Notes under the pieces: model-generated
What the model saw: only the letters and a program-made list of their open reading frames with translations
Database searches by the model: none
Told to the model about the DNA's origin: nothing
Program-made: the position numbers and the translations under genes
Assembly (NCBI GenBank): GCA_963751345.1
Contig: CAVVUS010000033.1
Span: forward strand, 1-64,000
Reading direction: 5' to 3'
DNA length: 64,000 bases
From: an uncultured Chloroflexia bacterium
Lineage (GTDB): Bacteria > Chloroflexota > Anaerolineae > B4-G1 > SLSP01
In this document: positions 53,150-63,544 of the stretch, piece after piece
How the letters are laid out: each line of letters starts with the position of its first letter
How positions within the stretch are numbered: position 1 is the first letter of the stretch

Positions 53150-53917
53150 ATGCTCCCTACGCTGGTCTACTTTCACGGTGGCGCGGGGCTGTTCGGGTCG
53201 CCGGATGACTTCCATCCGCGCCATCGGGCGCTGCTGGAGGAGGTCGGGTTCACCACGATCTCCGCGGACTACCCGAAGGCCATCGGCAGGTCGCTGCACG
53301 AGGTTGTTTCCGCGGTCGAGGCGACCGCGCGGCGGGCGGCGGTCGAGTCGCCCACCGGGTCGATCGTCGTGATGGGCCATTCATTTGGAGGCTATCTGAC
53401 GCTCTGGCTTGCATCGACGCAGCCCTACGTGGCCGGAGCCGTCGCGCTCGCGGGCTACGCGGATCTGCTCGCGCCTTTCTACACCGAGCCGTCGGCGCAT
53501 TACCTCGCGGCAAAGGATCTGACGGGGTTCCGCCCGGAGACCGTCACCGCGGCCTCGCCGCCCGGTGACAAGTTCGATCTCTACCTTTACCTGCGGCAGA
53601 CGGCCACCTGGCCCGACTATGTATCCGGAGGACATCCCGCGGACCTGGCACGGCTATCGCCGCTGCGGCTGCCACCGGCCCCGACGCCGGTCTTTCTGGT
53701 GCACGGCGAGGCCGACACCGACGTCCCCTCCACGGCATCGGTGGCCTATCGCGAGCACGTCGCCGGTGTGTCGCCTGACACTGCCCTGGTGCTGCATCCC
53801 ACCGGCGGCCACGGCCTGATGTTCGACATGGACAATCCGGAGGTGGCGGCGATCTGGGATGCGGTGGTCGGATGGATGTCGGGTCTGGCAACCGACAGCC
53901 GCCTTCCGCCCAATTGA
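53150..53917 (+). CDS. Alpha/beta hydrolase (esterase)
   Basis: YFHGG, GHSFGG, HGEADTDVP, GGHG; start may be ATG 53131 via a frameshift. Confidence 0.85.
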   Translation: MLPTLVYFHGGAGLFGSPDDFHPRHRALLEEVGFTTISADYPKAIGRSLHEVVSAVEATARRAAVESPTGSIVVMGHSFGGYLTLWLASTQPYVAGAVALAGYADLLAPFYTEPSAHYLAAKDLTGFRPETVTAASPPGDKFDLYLYLRQTATWPDYVSGGHPADLARLSPLRLPPAPTPVFLVHGEADTDVPSTASVAYREHVAGVSPDTALVLHPTGGHGLMFDMDNPEVAAIWDAVVGWMSGLATDSRLPPN

Positions 53918-53961
53918 AAGCCGGAAAACGGACGACGGGAAACTGGTTCGCGGAGGCTACG

Positions 53962-54909
53962 ATGGAATACGTGAAGTTCGGTAATACAGGCGAGAGTGTC
54001 TCAGCCCTGGCGCTGGGCTGCATGAGCCTAAGGATGGACAAGCTGGAGGAGAGCAAGGCCACGGTGCGGAGGGCGTACGAGCTCGGGATCACGTTCTTCG
54101 ACACCGCCGACATCTACGCGCGTGGCGACTCGGAGCGGATCCTGGGCGCAGCCGTGCGGGAGGCGGGCATTCCGCGAGACGAGATCTTCATCGCGTCAAA
54201 GTGCGGCATCGTCTTCCAGGGGACGAACCCCGAGTACGCGTACAAGGCGTATGACCTCTCGCCCGGCTACCTCAAGGCGAGCTGCGAGGCGAGCCTACAG
54301 CGGCTGGGCCTGGAGACGATCGATCTCTATCAGCCGCATCGCATTGACTACCTGACCCACCCCGAGGAGACGGCCCGCGCGCTGGAGGAGCTGAAGGGTG
54401 ACGGGAAGATCCGCCACGTGGGGGTGAGCAACTTCACCGCCGACGAAGTCCGCGCCCTGTCGGCCTACATCCAGATCGAGAGCCTGCAGACGCAGTACAG
54501 TATGCTCTTCCTCGAACCGCTGGAAACGGGACTGACCGCGGTCTGCCTTGAGAAGCACATGGCGATTCTCCCGTGGAGCCCGCTGCACCAGGGCGTGCTC
54601 ACCGGCGCACGCGCGCTGCCGCACGACGAGTGGCAGCGCCAGCGCGAGGCGGGCGTGGTCGCGCAGCTCCGGCCCTTTGCCGAGGCGTACGGTGTGACCG
54701 TTGGACAGCTCTCGCTCGCATGGCCTATGCGGCAGCCGGGGCCCGTCATCCCCCTTGTGGGCACGGCCAATCCCGACCACATCGCGGAGGCTGCCGGTGC
54801 GGCCGACGTGACACTGGAGCGCGACGACTGGTATGAGCTGATGGTCATCGCCCGCGGGCGGTCGATGCCGTGGGGGCAGCGTCCTTACCTCTATACGAAG
54901 GAGCGCTGA
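53962..54909 (+). CDS. Aldo/keto reductase
   Basis: ALGCM, FFDTADIY, ASKCG, SLQRL..IDLYQPH, GKIRHVGVSNF, WSPL. Confidence 0.92.
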   Translation: MEYVKFGNTGESVSALALGCMSLRMDKLEESKATVRRAYELGITFFDTADIYARGDSERILGAAVREAGIPRDEIFIASKCGIVFQGTNPEYAYKAYDLSPGYLKASCEASLQRLGLETIDLYQPHRIDYLTHPEETARALEELKGDGKIRHVGVSNFTADEVRALSAYIQIESLQTQYSMLFLEPLETGLTAVCLEKHMAILPWSPLHQGVLTGARALPHDEWQRQREAGVVAQLRPFAEAYGVTVGQLSLAWPMRQPGPVIPLVGTANPDHIAEAAGAADVTLERDDWYELMVIARGRSMPWGQRPYLYTKER

Positions 54910-55721
54910 TGACCGAGCGTCGACATCTTCTGCTGACCGGCGCAACGGGTCAGATCGGGACGGCCTTTCGCGGCTACGCCGGCGACCGCTACCGGATGCG
55001 TATGGCGGCCCATACCCCCGACGAAATCACAGGTCCCGAGTGGTCGGACGTGGCGCCCAACGAAGTGATCACGCTGGAGGTGGCCGATCCAGAGGCGTGC
55101 ATGGCGGCGTGCGAGGGCATTGACACGGTGGTGCACCTGGCGGCGGTCACCAGCTCGCGGGTGGGGTTCTACGACGGGCTCCTGGACACCAACATCAAGG
55201 GACTCTACAACATCCTGAGCGCGGCCAAGGCCCAGGGCTGCCGGCGCGCCATCGTCGCCAGCAGCGTCCAGGCGATCAGCGGGTATCCCCTGGACGTCCA
55301 GGCACGCACCGGCGATGCGCCCCGCCCGCTGAACATGTACGCCGTGACCAAGGCCTTCGCCGAGCTGATGGCCCACTACTTCGCCATCACCGAGGGGCTG
55401 CCTTGTATCGCCATTCGCGTGGGCAGCTTCGAGGCCGAGTGGGTGCGCAGATCGCCGACAGCCCGGAACCTGAGCACGTTCATCAGCAAGCGAGACATTA
55501 GCGAGCTGCTGGTCCGGTGCATCGAGGCGGAGGACGTGCAGTTTGCGGTTGTCCACGGCGTGTCGGACAACCGGTTCAAACGGCTCGACCTGACCGACAC
55601 GCGGGAGAAGCTGGGATACCAGCCGAGGGACGATAGCTTTCGCATCTTCGAGACGGGGCTGGCGTACATCGACCGGTGGTACGACAGCGCCCCGGGCGAT
55701 CCGGAGAAGCGTGAGCGGTAG
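54909..55721 (+). CDS. NAD-dependent epimerase/dehydratase, uronate dehydrogenase-like
   Basis: TGATGQIG, VVHLAA, NIKGLYNI, ASS, YAVTK, RVGS, HGVSDN, LGYQPRD. Confidence 0.82.
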   Translation: MTERRHLLLTGATGQIGTAFRGYAGDRYRMRMAAHTPDEITGPEWSDVAPNEVITLEVADPEACMAACEGIDTVVHLAAVTSSRVGFYDGLLDTNIKGLYNILSAAKAQGCRRAIVASSVQAISGYPLDVQARTGDAPRPLNMYAVTKAFAELMAHYFAITEGLPCIAIRVGSFEAEWVRRSPTARNLSTFISKRDISELLVRCIEAEDVQFAVVHGVSDNRFKRLDLTDTREKLGYQPRDDSFRIFETGLAYIDRWYDSAPGDPEKRER

Positions 55722-55964
55722 GGGCGGCCCCACCCTGTCGCCGGTTCCCGGCCCATCCCTTTCCCAACTTTCCTTTCCTTTTTCTAACCTATCCTAACGG
55801 GATCCTGCGGTTACAGGCGGCAGCTTCGTCAATAATGTGGGAGGCTGCCAAGGGGTGTCCGGGCGGCAGGTCCGGATCCCGCGCGGGAGCACCATCTCTG
55901 CGCTGCGGCGACGCGGCATCGTACTCTACATCGGCACGAGAGATCGTGAGGCGGGAGGTGTCTG

Positions 55965-58415
55965 GTGAACGGTCGGTACAGGACGGGTCTCAGGATTGTC
56001 TACGTCGTGATTCTGCTACTGTCGGTGTCGGTCAGACCTGTGAGAGCCGATCGCATTGACATTCCCGTCGGGCCGCCGCCATCAGAAGCCGAACTATCCG
56101 ATTCCGACCTTGTCGCCTCCTCCCCCACGTGAGGCGGGCGCCTTGTCGGCCGCTGCGGCTCAGCCGCTGCAGTTCATCACCGATCCTCTGCTCGATATGA
56201 AGGTGCTGGTGATCCTCGACAGCGTGACCGATGCGATCGGCGTCAACCAGATGATCCTCGGCTATCTCGATATCCTGGGGATTCCCTACGACGTGGTCGA
56301 TGTGAACGGACGCATCTCCGACACGCCGGCGCTGGTGACGGATGCTATGCTATGGGATGGCGTCAACCACGGGCACTACTACGCCATCTTCGTCACCACG
56401 AGCGACGTCTGGTCGCCCATCATCGCACCGGGCAATACGGCCGGAGAGGGTTTGACGGCGACCGAACGGGATCTCATTCGGGCCTATGAGCGCACCTTCA
56501 ACGTGCGCCAGGCCACGCTGTACGCATACCCCGAGGCCACCGATTACGGCCTGATCGCCCATCACGGAGACGGGGGCGCCGTTGACGACGACGCTCACGT
56601 CTGCGGGGCAGGGGGTCTTCAGCTACCTCAACCCGAACATCGAGATGCCGGTATCCGATGCTTACACCTATCTTGGCGTCCCGGCACCGGGGGCGGTCAT
56701 CACGCCGCTGTTGGAGTTCGTCGACACCGGCCACATCTACACGACAACGGTCGAGACGTATCCCATCGTCAGTATCTTCGATCCCGTCGATGCCGGTGAG
56801 CAGATGGTCGTGACCGCTGCGGCCTATTACCCGGCAACACCTCCGGTCAGTCTCCACGGCCGGTTGCTGCCGTATGGGATCATCAACTGGGCGACAAAGG
56901 GCGTCTTCCTCGGCGAGCGACATCTCTACTTCGAGCCGCAGGCCGACGACGTGCTTTCCTACGGCGACCGGTGGGATCCTACCACGCACAGCACGATCTT
57001 CGACACCGGCTACCGGCTGCAGCCAAGCGACGTCGACAATTTGCTGGCGTGGATGACCCTCTTCCGCGGGACACCGAACGCAGTCGAGCTTCCTGGTCGA
57101 GATGGCGTTCAACGGGGAGGGGGTCGACTACGACAGCGATCCGAATACCGGTCAGATCATCTCCGGCACGCTCACGGACAAGCTCATGCAGACGCAGAGC
57201 GCTTTCACGTGGCTTAACCACACCTGGAGCCACCAAGATCTCTACACGGTGACCTACCAGACAGCCTACCAGGAGATCTACAGCAACACGCTGACCGCGC
57301 AGCGACTGGGCTTCACGGATTACACGACGTCGACGCTGTTGACCGGCGCTTACAGCGGCTTGACGAACACCCACGTCATCAGCGCGGCCTACGACCTGGG
57401 TGTCCGCTATATGGAGTCGAATGCGTCAAGGCCGGGTTTCGGCAACCCGAGCCCCAACACCGGGATTCTCACCGGCACGGGAGGGGCCATGCTCCTGGTG
57501 CCACGCCTGGCCAACAACATCTTGTACTTCGCGAGCACGCCTGCAGCGGAGGTCGATTACTACAACTTGGTGAGCGATCCGAACAGCGGGCCGTACTGCC
57601 CCGCTTACTACAACGACCCCACCTACGATCCGGCGAACCTCTGCTTCACCTACCCGCAGATCCTGGACTCGACCACCAACCAGGCCTTGGGGTTTCTGCT
57701 TGACTTCAATATCGACGCGACGATGTTCCATATGAACAATCTCAACGCCTACAACGCCCCGACCAGCACGAATACGCTGATGGGCGACTACGTCACCGCG
57801 CTCTACGCCAAGTACAACACGTATTACAACTCAAACGTGCCCATTCTGAGTCTGCGCACGCAGGAGACCGGCAGCTTGATGCAGCAGCGGATGGATTACA
57901 ATGCGTCCGGTGTGTCGGGCATCATCGGGTGTGCCAATCAGATGACCGTGACGGTGCCGGCGGCAGCACCGACCGGCGCGAGGGTGCCGGTCACGGGCGT
58001 GAGCTACGGCAGCGATACCGAGACCTACGCAGGACAGCCGATCTCGACCTTCCAGATCAACCCGGGCGATGTCCTGAGCATCCCGGGTACGGCGTCGCCC
58101 TCCACGCCTGCCGCCGTGACCGGCCTCACCGTCACGACCGGTGTGATCACCAAGACGCTGACCTGGGATCCTGTCGCCGGCGCCCTCGGGTACCGCGTCT
58201 ACAGCGGCACGACCCCAGGCTTTGCCCTGGGCTCCGGGCACCAGCTTGGCGTCGTGACCACGACGACGTATCTGGACGCCTCCGGGAGTACCAACTACGC
58301 CGTGACCGCCATCGCCGATGACTGCTGGAAGCACGAGTCTTCGCCGGCCTACGTGCCGCCCGCCCCAACGTCATACGCGATCTATCTTCCGCTCGCGATG
58401 CGGTTGGCGCCATAG
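55965..58415 (+). CDS. Secreted Agd3-like (CE18) polysaccharide deacetylase with FN3-like domain and YLPLAMR tail (frameshifted)
   Basis: GTG after GGAGGTG with signal peptide; LGIPYD, INWATKGVFLGER, QADD, AFNG, WLNHTWSH, SGL, VPR, MFHMNNL. Confidence 0.75.
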
Positions 58416-58441
58416 GGCAGAAGCAAGGCAGCGCTTCGGGA

Positions 58442-58503
58442 AAGACCTTTGGGGTCGTGTGCACAAGCAGGTGCTTGCTTCACAGGAAAACCCCAAAGGT
58501 CTT
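58442..58503. repeat. AGACCTTTGGGGT palindromic element, copy 4
   Basis: aagacctttggggt ... aggaaaaccccaaaggtctt. Confidence 0.78.
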
Positions 58504-58791
58504 CTGTGGTTGAAGTAGGCTCCTGCACCTGCTGGTAGGGAAGCGTTCCGTGCGCCTGTGGGGCGCCTGTTCGTGGCTGCGGCAACCGGGATGGCGGTTG
58601 ATCCCGCTCTCACTCTCGTCCATCGTCCCGGACTTTCTTGCGTCGAGTCTCCGATACGCTATCATCCCAGGTGTGTCAGCCAAATCGTATGTGAAGGCAG
58701 TCGAGACCGAGGAGAACCTGCCATACAGTGCCGGGGAGCCCCGGTGCATCGAACGGCACGGGGCTCCCGACCACTCCAAAGGAGATCATCT

Positions 58792-60883
58792 ATGACCAAG
58801 TCCACGATGCCGCGCATTCCCTACGGCGCAGTTTACTTCCGCAAGTCCAATCCCCCGCGCGAGGACTGGGCGCGGGATTACCGGACCGCGTCCGAGGACG
58901 GGATGAACACGTTCCGCCACTGGTTCCTCTGGGGCGCGATCGAGACCGCGCCCGGCGTCTTTGACTGGGCCGGCTACGATCGCCAGCTCGACCTTGCAGC
59001 CGAGCACGGCATCAAGACGATCATCGCCGAGATGATCGTGGTCGCGCCGGAGTGGGCCTATGAGACCTACGCGGGCGCGCGCTATGAGACCCACGATGGG
59101 CGGAAGCTGGGCCCGCAGATGCACGGGAGCTGCGTCGTGGGCGGTGCACCGGGGCTCTGCCTTGACAACACAGAAGCCCGCGAGGCCGCCGGGCGGTTCC
59201 TCCGTGCGCTGGTCACGCGGTATCGCGACCATCCGGGCCTGGGCGGCTACGACGTCTGGAACGAGTGCAACTACCCTTCGGACGTCTGCTACTGCCCCGC
59301 AACGCAGGCCGCGTTCCGCACATGGCTGCGCGGGCGGTACGAGAGCCTCGACGCGCTGCGTGAGACCTGGCACCGCTACAGCATGCCCACGTGGGACGAC
59401 GTGACGGCACCGCGACAGCTCGGACCGTATCCCGACGCGCTCGATTGGCTGGCGTTCCGGATCGACAACGCGTATGCCCAGATGCGCTGGCGGGTCGACG
59501 TGATCCGCGAGCTCGATCCTGATCACCTCATCACGGCACACGGGGTGGCGGGGAGCCTCACGGCAATGGCGTCCAATACCCGCGACGATTGGCGGGGGGC
59601 GGCGGAGGTCGAGAGCTATGGGCTGACCTGGATCGCGTCGCGAAAGGGCGACGAGCCCTGGAAACAGTGGCACGCGGTCGATATGACCCGCGCCGCCTCG
59701 CGCGGCAAGCCCTTCTGGCACGCCGAGGCGGAGGGCGGACCCCTGTGGCTCCAGCCCCAGGTGATCGGCAAGCCGAGGGATGAGGGGCGGATCGCGTCGC
59801 CCGAGGACATGCGTCTGTGGCACCTCACCTCGTTCGCCGCGGGGGCCACGGGCCTGCTCTATCCGCGGTGGCGCCCGCTGCTCGATGGGCCGCTCTTCGG
59901 CGCCTTCGGACCGTATGGGATGGACGGCGGGCGGACACCCCGCTCCGAGATGACCGGCGCGATCGCCCGCTGGGCCAACGCGCCGGAGCAGGCCCAGCTG
60001 TGGACGTCGCGGCCCGTCCGCGGCGAGGTCGGGATCGTGGTGGTGCCGGAGACCCAGCTCCACGCCGCCATGCTCTTCGGCAGCCCCGACGTCTATGGGC
60101 GCGCGATGGAGGGAGCCTACCGGGGTTTCTTCGACGCCAACATCCAGGCCGACTGGGTCTACATTGACGACATCGCGGCGTACGACGTGCTCTATCTGCC
60201 CTTCCCCCTGATGCTCAGCCAGTTGGCAGCCGATCGGCTGCGCGCCTGGGTCGAGGCCGGTGGCACGCTCATCGCGGAGGGATGTCCCGGTTACTTCGGC
60301 GATCACGGCCACGTGGGGACGGTGCAGCCGAACCTCGGCCTTGACGAGCTCTTCGGCGCGCGTGAGAGCTACGTGGAGTTCACGCCCGACTTGCTCGCGG
60401 ATCTCGCGTTGACCGTCGACGGTGTGCCCACCTGGGGCGGCGTCGTGCTTCAGGCCTATGAGCCCACCACCGGCAGCGCCTCGGGGCGATACGCCGATGG
60501 CCGCGTCGCCGCGGTTGACCATGCCTATGGGCGGGGCAGGACACGGCTGATCGGCACGATGTGCGGCACGGGATACGGCACACACGCGGACGCAAGCCAC
60601 GCGCGTTTCTACGATGAGCTCCTCGCCTTCGCCGGGGTGACCCCAGCACGTGCGGGTGAGCGACCCGCGGATCACCGCGCGGCTGCACGATGGCCCGGGC
60701 GGCACCTATCTCTGGGTGATGAACCCTGTCCGGCAGCCGGTGCCGGTGCGGTTCACGCTCGGCCCGGCGTGGGGGCCGTTCTCGACGGTGCGGTCGCTCT
60801 GGGGGGCGGAGGCGACGGTGGACGGGCGTGTGGTCTCGATGACCGCGGGCGCGCGAGACGTGGCAGTGCTGGCGCTCGCGTGA
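58792..60883 (+). CDS. GH42-like beta-galactosidase (frameshift near 60645)
   Basis: WGAIETAPGVFDW, RYRDHPGL..YDVWNE, CYCP, AAFRTWLRGRYESLDAL, KPFWHAE, trimerisation domain YDVLYLP. Confidence 0.85.
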
Positions 60884-60887
60884 ACCA

Positions 60888-60921
60888 AGATTGGACCAAT
60901 CTTCCGAGATTGGTCCAATCT
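60888..60921. repeat. AGATTGG(A/T)CCAATCT palindromic dimer, copy 2
   Basis: agattggaccaatcttccgagattggtccaatct, intergenic. Confidence 0.75.
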
Positions 60922-60936
60922 GTGTCGTTGAAGGAG

Positions 60937-61599
60937 GTGCTGAATTGGCGAATCGATGAATCATATCTTGCCGATCTCGTTGAGGAGCTGAAACGGCACT
61001 GGCCCGACAACCGGACCGTGACCATCGTCTGCCACGGGCACAGCGTGCCCGCGGGGTATGGGGCGACGCCCTTCGTGGACACGTTCAACGCCTACCCGCA
61101 CCTGCTGCATCGCGGGTTAAAGGCGCGGTTCCCGTTCGCCGTCGTCAACGTGATCGTGACGGCGATTGGGGGAGAGAACGCGGTGTCGGGGGCGGCGCGG
61201 TTTGAGAGCGACGTGCTTACGCACCGGCCCGACGTCGTGACGATTGACTACGGGCTCAACGACCGCGGGATCGGTCTGATCGCCGCGCGCGAGGCGTGGG
61301 CGGGGATGATCGAGCGTGCGTTGGCGGCGGACGCGCGGGTGGTTCTCCTGACGCCAACGTGGGACGTGACCCAGCGCCCGGGCTACCTGGGCGAGGACGC
61401 GGCGCTGCTAGGTGCACACGCGGCCCAGATCCGCGAGTTGGCAGCGACCTACGACGTCGGGCTGGCGGACAGCTTCGCGGCATTTGGGGCGTATGCGGCT
61501 TCGGGCGATCTCTCGGATCTGTTGGCCTGGCCGAACCACCCGAACCGGGAAGGGCATGCCCTCGTCGCGCGCGAGCTGCTGCGGTGGTTCCCGGCGTAG
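60937..61599 (+). CDS. SGNH/GDSL hydrolase (start approximate)
   Basis: CHGHSV, AIGGEN, DYGLND, NHPNREGH; AAGGAGG RBS at 60931. Confidence 0.82.
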   Translation: MLNWRIDESYLADLVEELKRHWPDNRTVTIVCHGHSVPAGYGATPFVDTFNAYPHLLHRGLKARFPFAVVNVIVTAIGGENAVSGAARFESDVLTHRPDVVTIDYGLNDRGIGLIAAREAWAGMIERALAADARVVLLTPTWDVTQRPGYLGEDAALLGAHAAQIRELAATYDVGLADSFAAFGAYAASGDLSDLLAWPNHPNREGHALVARELLRWFPA

Positions 61600-61660
61600 C
61601 GCCTCGGACGGCGTAGCGCCTCGGACGGCGTAGCGCCTCGGACGGCGTGAGCGCCTCGGA
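61592..61660. repeat. 17-bp tandem repeat, 4 units
   Basis: cggcgtagcgcctcgga x3 plus one copy with a 1-nt insertion. Confidence 0.8.
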
Positions 61661-61676
61661 GCCGGCGTGGCTGCCT

Positions 61677-61801
61677 GTAGAGACGGGCGGTGCCCCGTCT
61701 CCGGACGCAGTGATACCCGCAGACCGGGGTGCCACGCGAAGATCATATTGGTGTTCGACGGCACCTGCACGCCGGAAGACGGGCCACCGGCCCGTCTCTA
61801 C
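61677..61801. repeat. GTAG-type REP inverted pair
   Basis: gtagagacgggcggtgccccgtctcc ... gaagacgggccaccggcccgtctctac; related single unit at 12739-12768. Confidence 0.7.
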
Positions 61802-61942
61802 ACGGATTGTGCCAGGCGTTGCGGAAAACGACGCGCACCGGCACTGAGAGAGGCGTTGTGGGAAACCGCCAGGGGACGTACAATAGATGCCGACACGCGG
61901 CGCGGATCGTATTCACAGCCTTGACGACCTTCGGAGGATCAC

Positions 61943-63008
61943 ATGCGGATTGAGAAGACTCCTTTCGGGACCTTGCCGGATGGTACCCAGGTCAGTATCT
62001 ACACACTGGTCAACGCGTCGGGGATGACGGCGCGGATCATGCCCTATGGCGGGACGCTGGTCTCGCTGACGGCGCCGGATCGTGACGGGGTGATGGGCGA
62101 TGTGGTGCTGGGCTTCGACACCCTCGCGGAGTACCTCGACCACAGCCCGTTCTTCGGCTGCCTGGTGGGGCGGTACGCCAACCGGATCGGCGGCGGGACG
62201 TTCTCGCTGGAGGGGGTGGACTACCAACTGGCCAAGAACAACGGGCCGAACTCACTCCATGGCGGCACGCGGGGGTTCGACAAACGCGTGTGGGCGGCGG
62301 CTGCGAGCGAGACCTCCGCGTGGGCCGGCGCTGGAGCTGAGCCTCGTGAGCCCCAACGGCGATCAGGGCTATCCCGGCACGCTTTCGGTGATGGTCGTCT
62401 ACACCTTGACCGATGAGGGCGCGTGGCGCATTGACTACACGGCGACCACCGACAAGAGCACGATCCTGAACTTGACCAACCATTCGTACTTCAACCTCTC
62501 CGCGGGGGCTTCACCGACCGTGCACGACCACGAACTGTGGCTGAACGCGGAAGCCTTCACGCCTGTGGACGCGACGCTGATCCCCACGGGCGAGGTCCGT
62601 TCCGTTGCGGGCACGCCATTGGATTTCAGGCAGCCCGCGCGCATCGGGGCTCGCATTGATGACAACCACCTTCAACTTGGCTACGGTGGCGGCTACGATC
62701 ACAACTGGGTCATCAACGGCCGTCCGGGCACGCTGCGGATTGCGGCGCGGGTCGCCGAGCCCGTGTCAGGCCGCGTGATGGAGGTATCGACCACCGAGCC
62801 GGGCGTCCAGGTCTATACTGCCAACATGATGCCGCCGATGCCGGGCAAGGGCGGCCTGACGTATGTACGCCGCGGCGCGATTTGCCTGGAGACGCAGCAC
62901 TTCCCGGATTCCCCCAATAAGCCCGAGTTCCCGTCGACGGTACTGGCACCGGGACAGACCTTCCGGTCGACGACGGAGTACAGGTTTACGACAACGGATC
63001 GAATTTGA
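61943..63008 (+). CDS. galM: Aldose 1-epimerase (galactose mutarotase), frameshift near 62320
   Basis: GRYANRI, SLHGG, GYPG, NLTNHSYFNL, GYDHNW, CLETQHFPDSPN. Confidence 0.92.
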
Positions 63009-63059
63009 ACGTTAGCACGTCGGAACGTCAGTTCGAACGTCCTAAACGTGGGAGGGCGT

Positions 63060-63539
63060 ATGCTGGAGAAGAAGCCAAGTGGATGCAGCCGGATGCTCTT
63101 CCGGCTGCCTATTGCCCTCTATCGTTGGGGGGTGGGGTGGGTGCTGGGGCGTCGCTTCGTGATGATCCAGCACGTCGGGCGGAAGAGTGGCCTGCTGCGC
63201 CGTGTGGTCGTCGAGGTGGTCCGGTACGACCGCGCGTCGGGCTCGGTCGTCGTTGCGGCTGCCTGGGGACGAAAGTCGGACTGGTACCGGAATGTCCTCC
63301 AGACGCCGGAGGTGACGCTGACGCTGGGCGCGCGGCGATTCCGGGCTGTTGCCACGGTGCTCGACGAAGCGTCGGCGGCAGATGCGGTCTGCGACTATGC
63401 CCGGCGGCACCCGCTGGCATTTCGGGAGCTCACCAGGCTGATGTTGGGCCGCAGGCCTGAAGGAAGAGACACGGACTGCCGTGCGGTGGCGCACGCCGTC
63501 CCCGCGGTGCGTTTTGACCCTGTGGGAGAGGCTAGCTGA
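63060..63539 (+). CDS. Deazaflavin (F420)-dependent oxidoreductase, Ddn-like family
   Basis: HVGRKSGLLR, SDWYRNVLQTPEVTL, YARRHP. Confidence 0.82.
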   Translation: MLEKKPSGCSRMLFRLPIALYRWGVGWVLGRRFVMIQHVGRKSGLLRRVVVEVVRYDRASGSVVVAAAWGRKSDWYRNVLQTPEVTLTLGARRFRAVATVLDEASAADAVCDYARRHPLAFRELTRLMLGRRPEGRDTDCRAVAHAVPAVRFDPVGEAS

Positions 63540-63544
63540 GAAGT

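Noticed and set aside
55780-55930. Riboswitch or regulator site upstream of the Agd3-like gene
   Set aside because: Only two CTAAC pentamers and short GC hairpins; no c-di-GMP or other consensus recognised
43948-60705. Long antisense ORFs (43948-44865, 44832-46325, 48004-49164, 58786-60705)
   Set aside because: Shadow frames of high-GC genes with no recognisable motifs
58558-61599. 1013-aa GH42-SGNH fusion ORF
   Set aside because: Artefact: an indel near 60645 bypasses the GH42 stop (60883) and reads through an intergenic palindrome; the SGNH gene has its own RBS
61592-61660. Possible CRISPR array
   Set aside because: 17-bp head-to-tail repeats with no spacers and no cas genes
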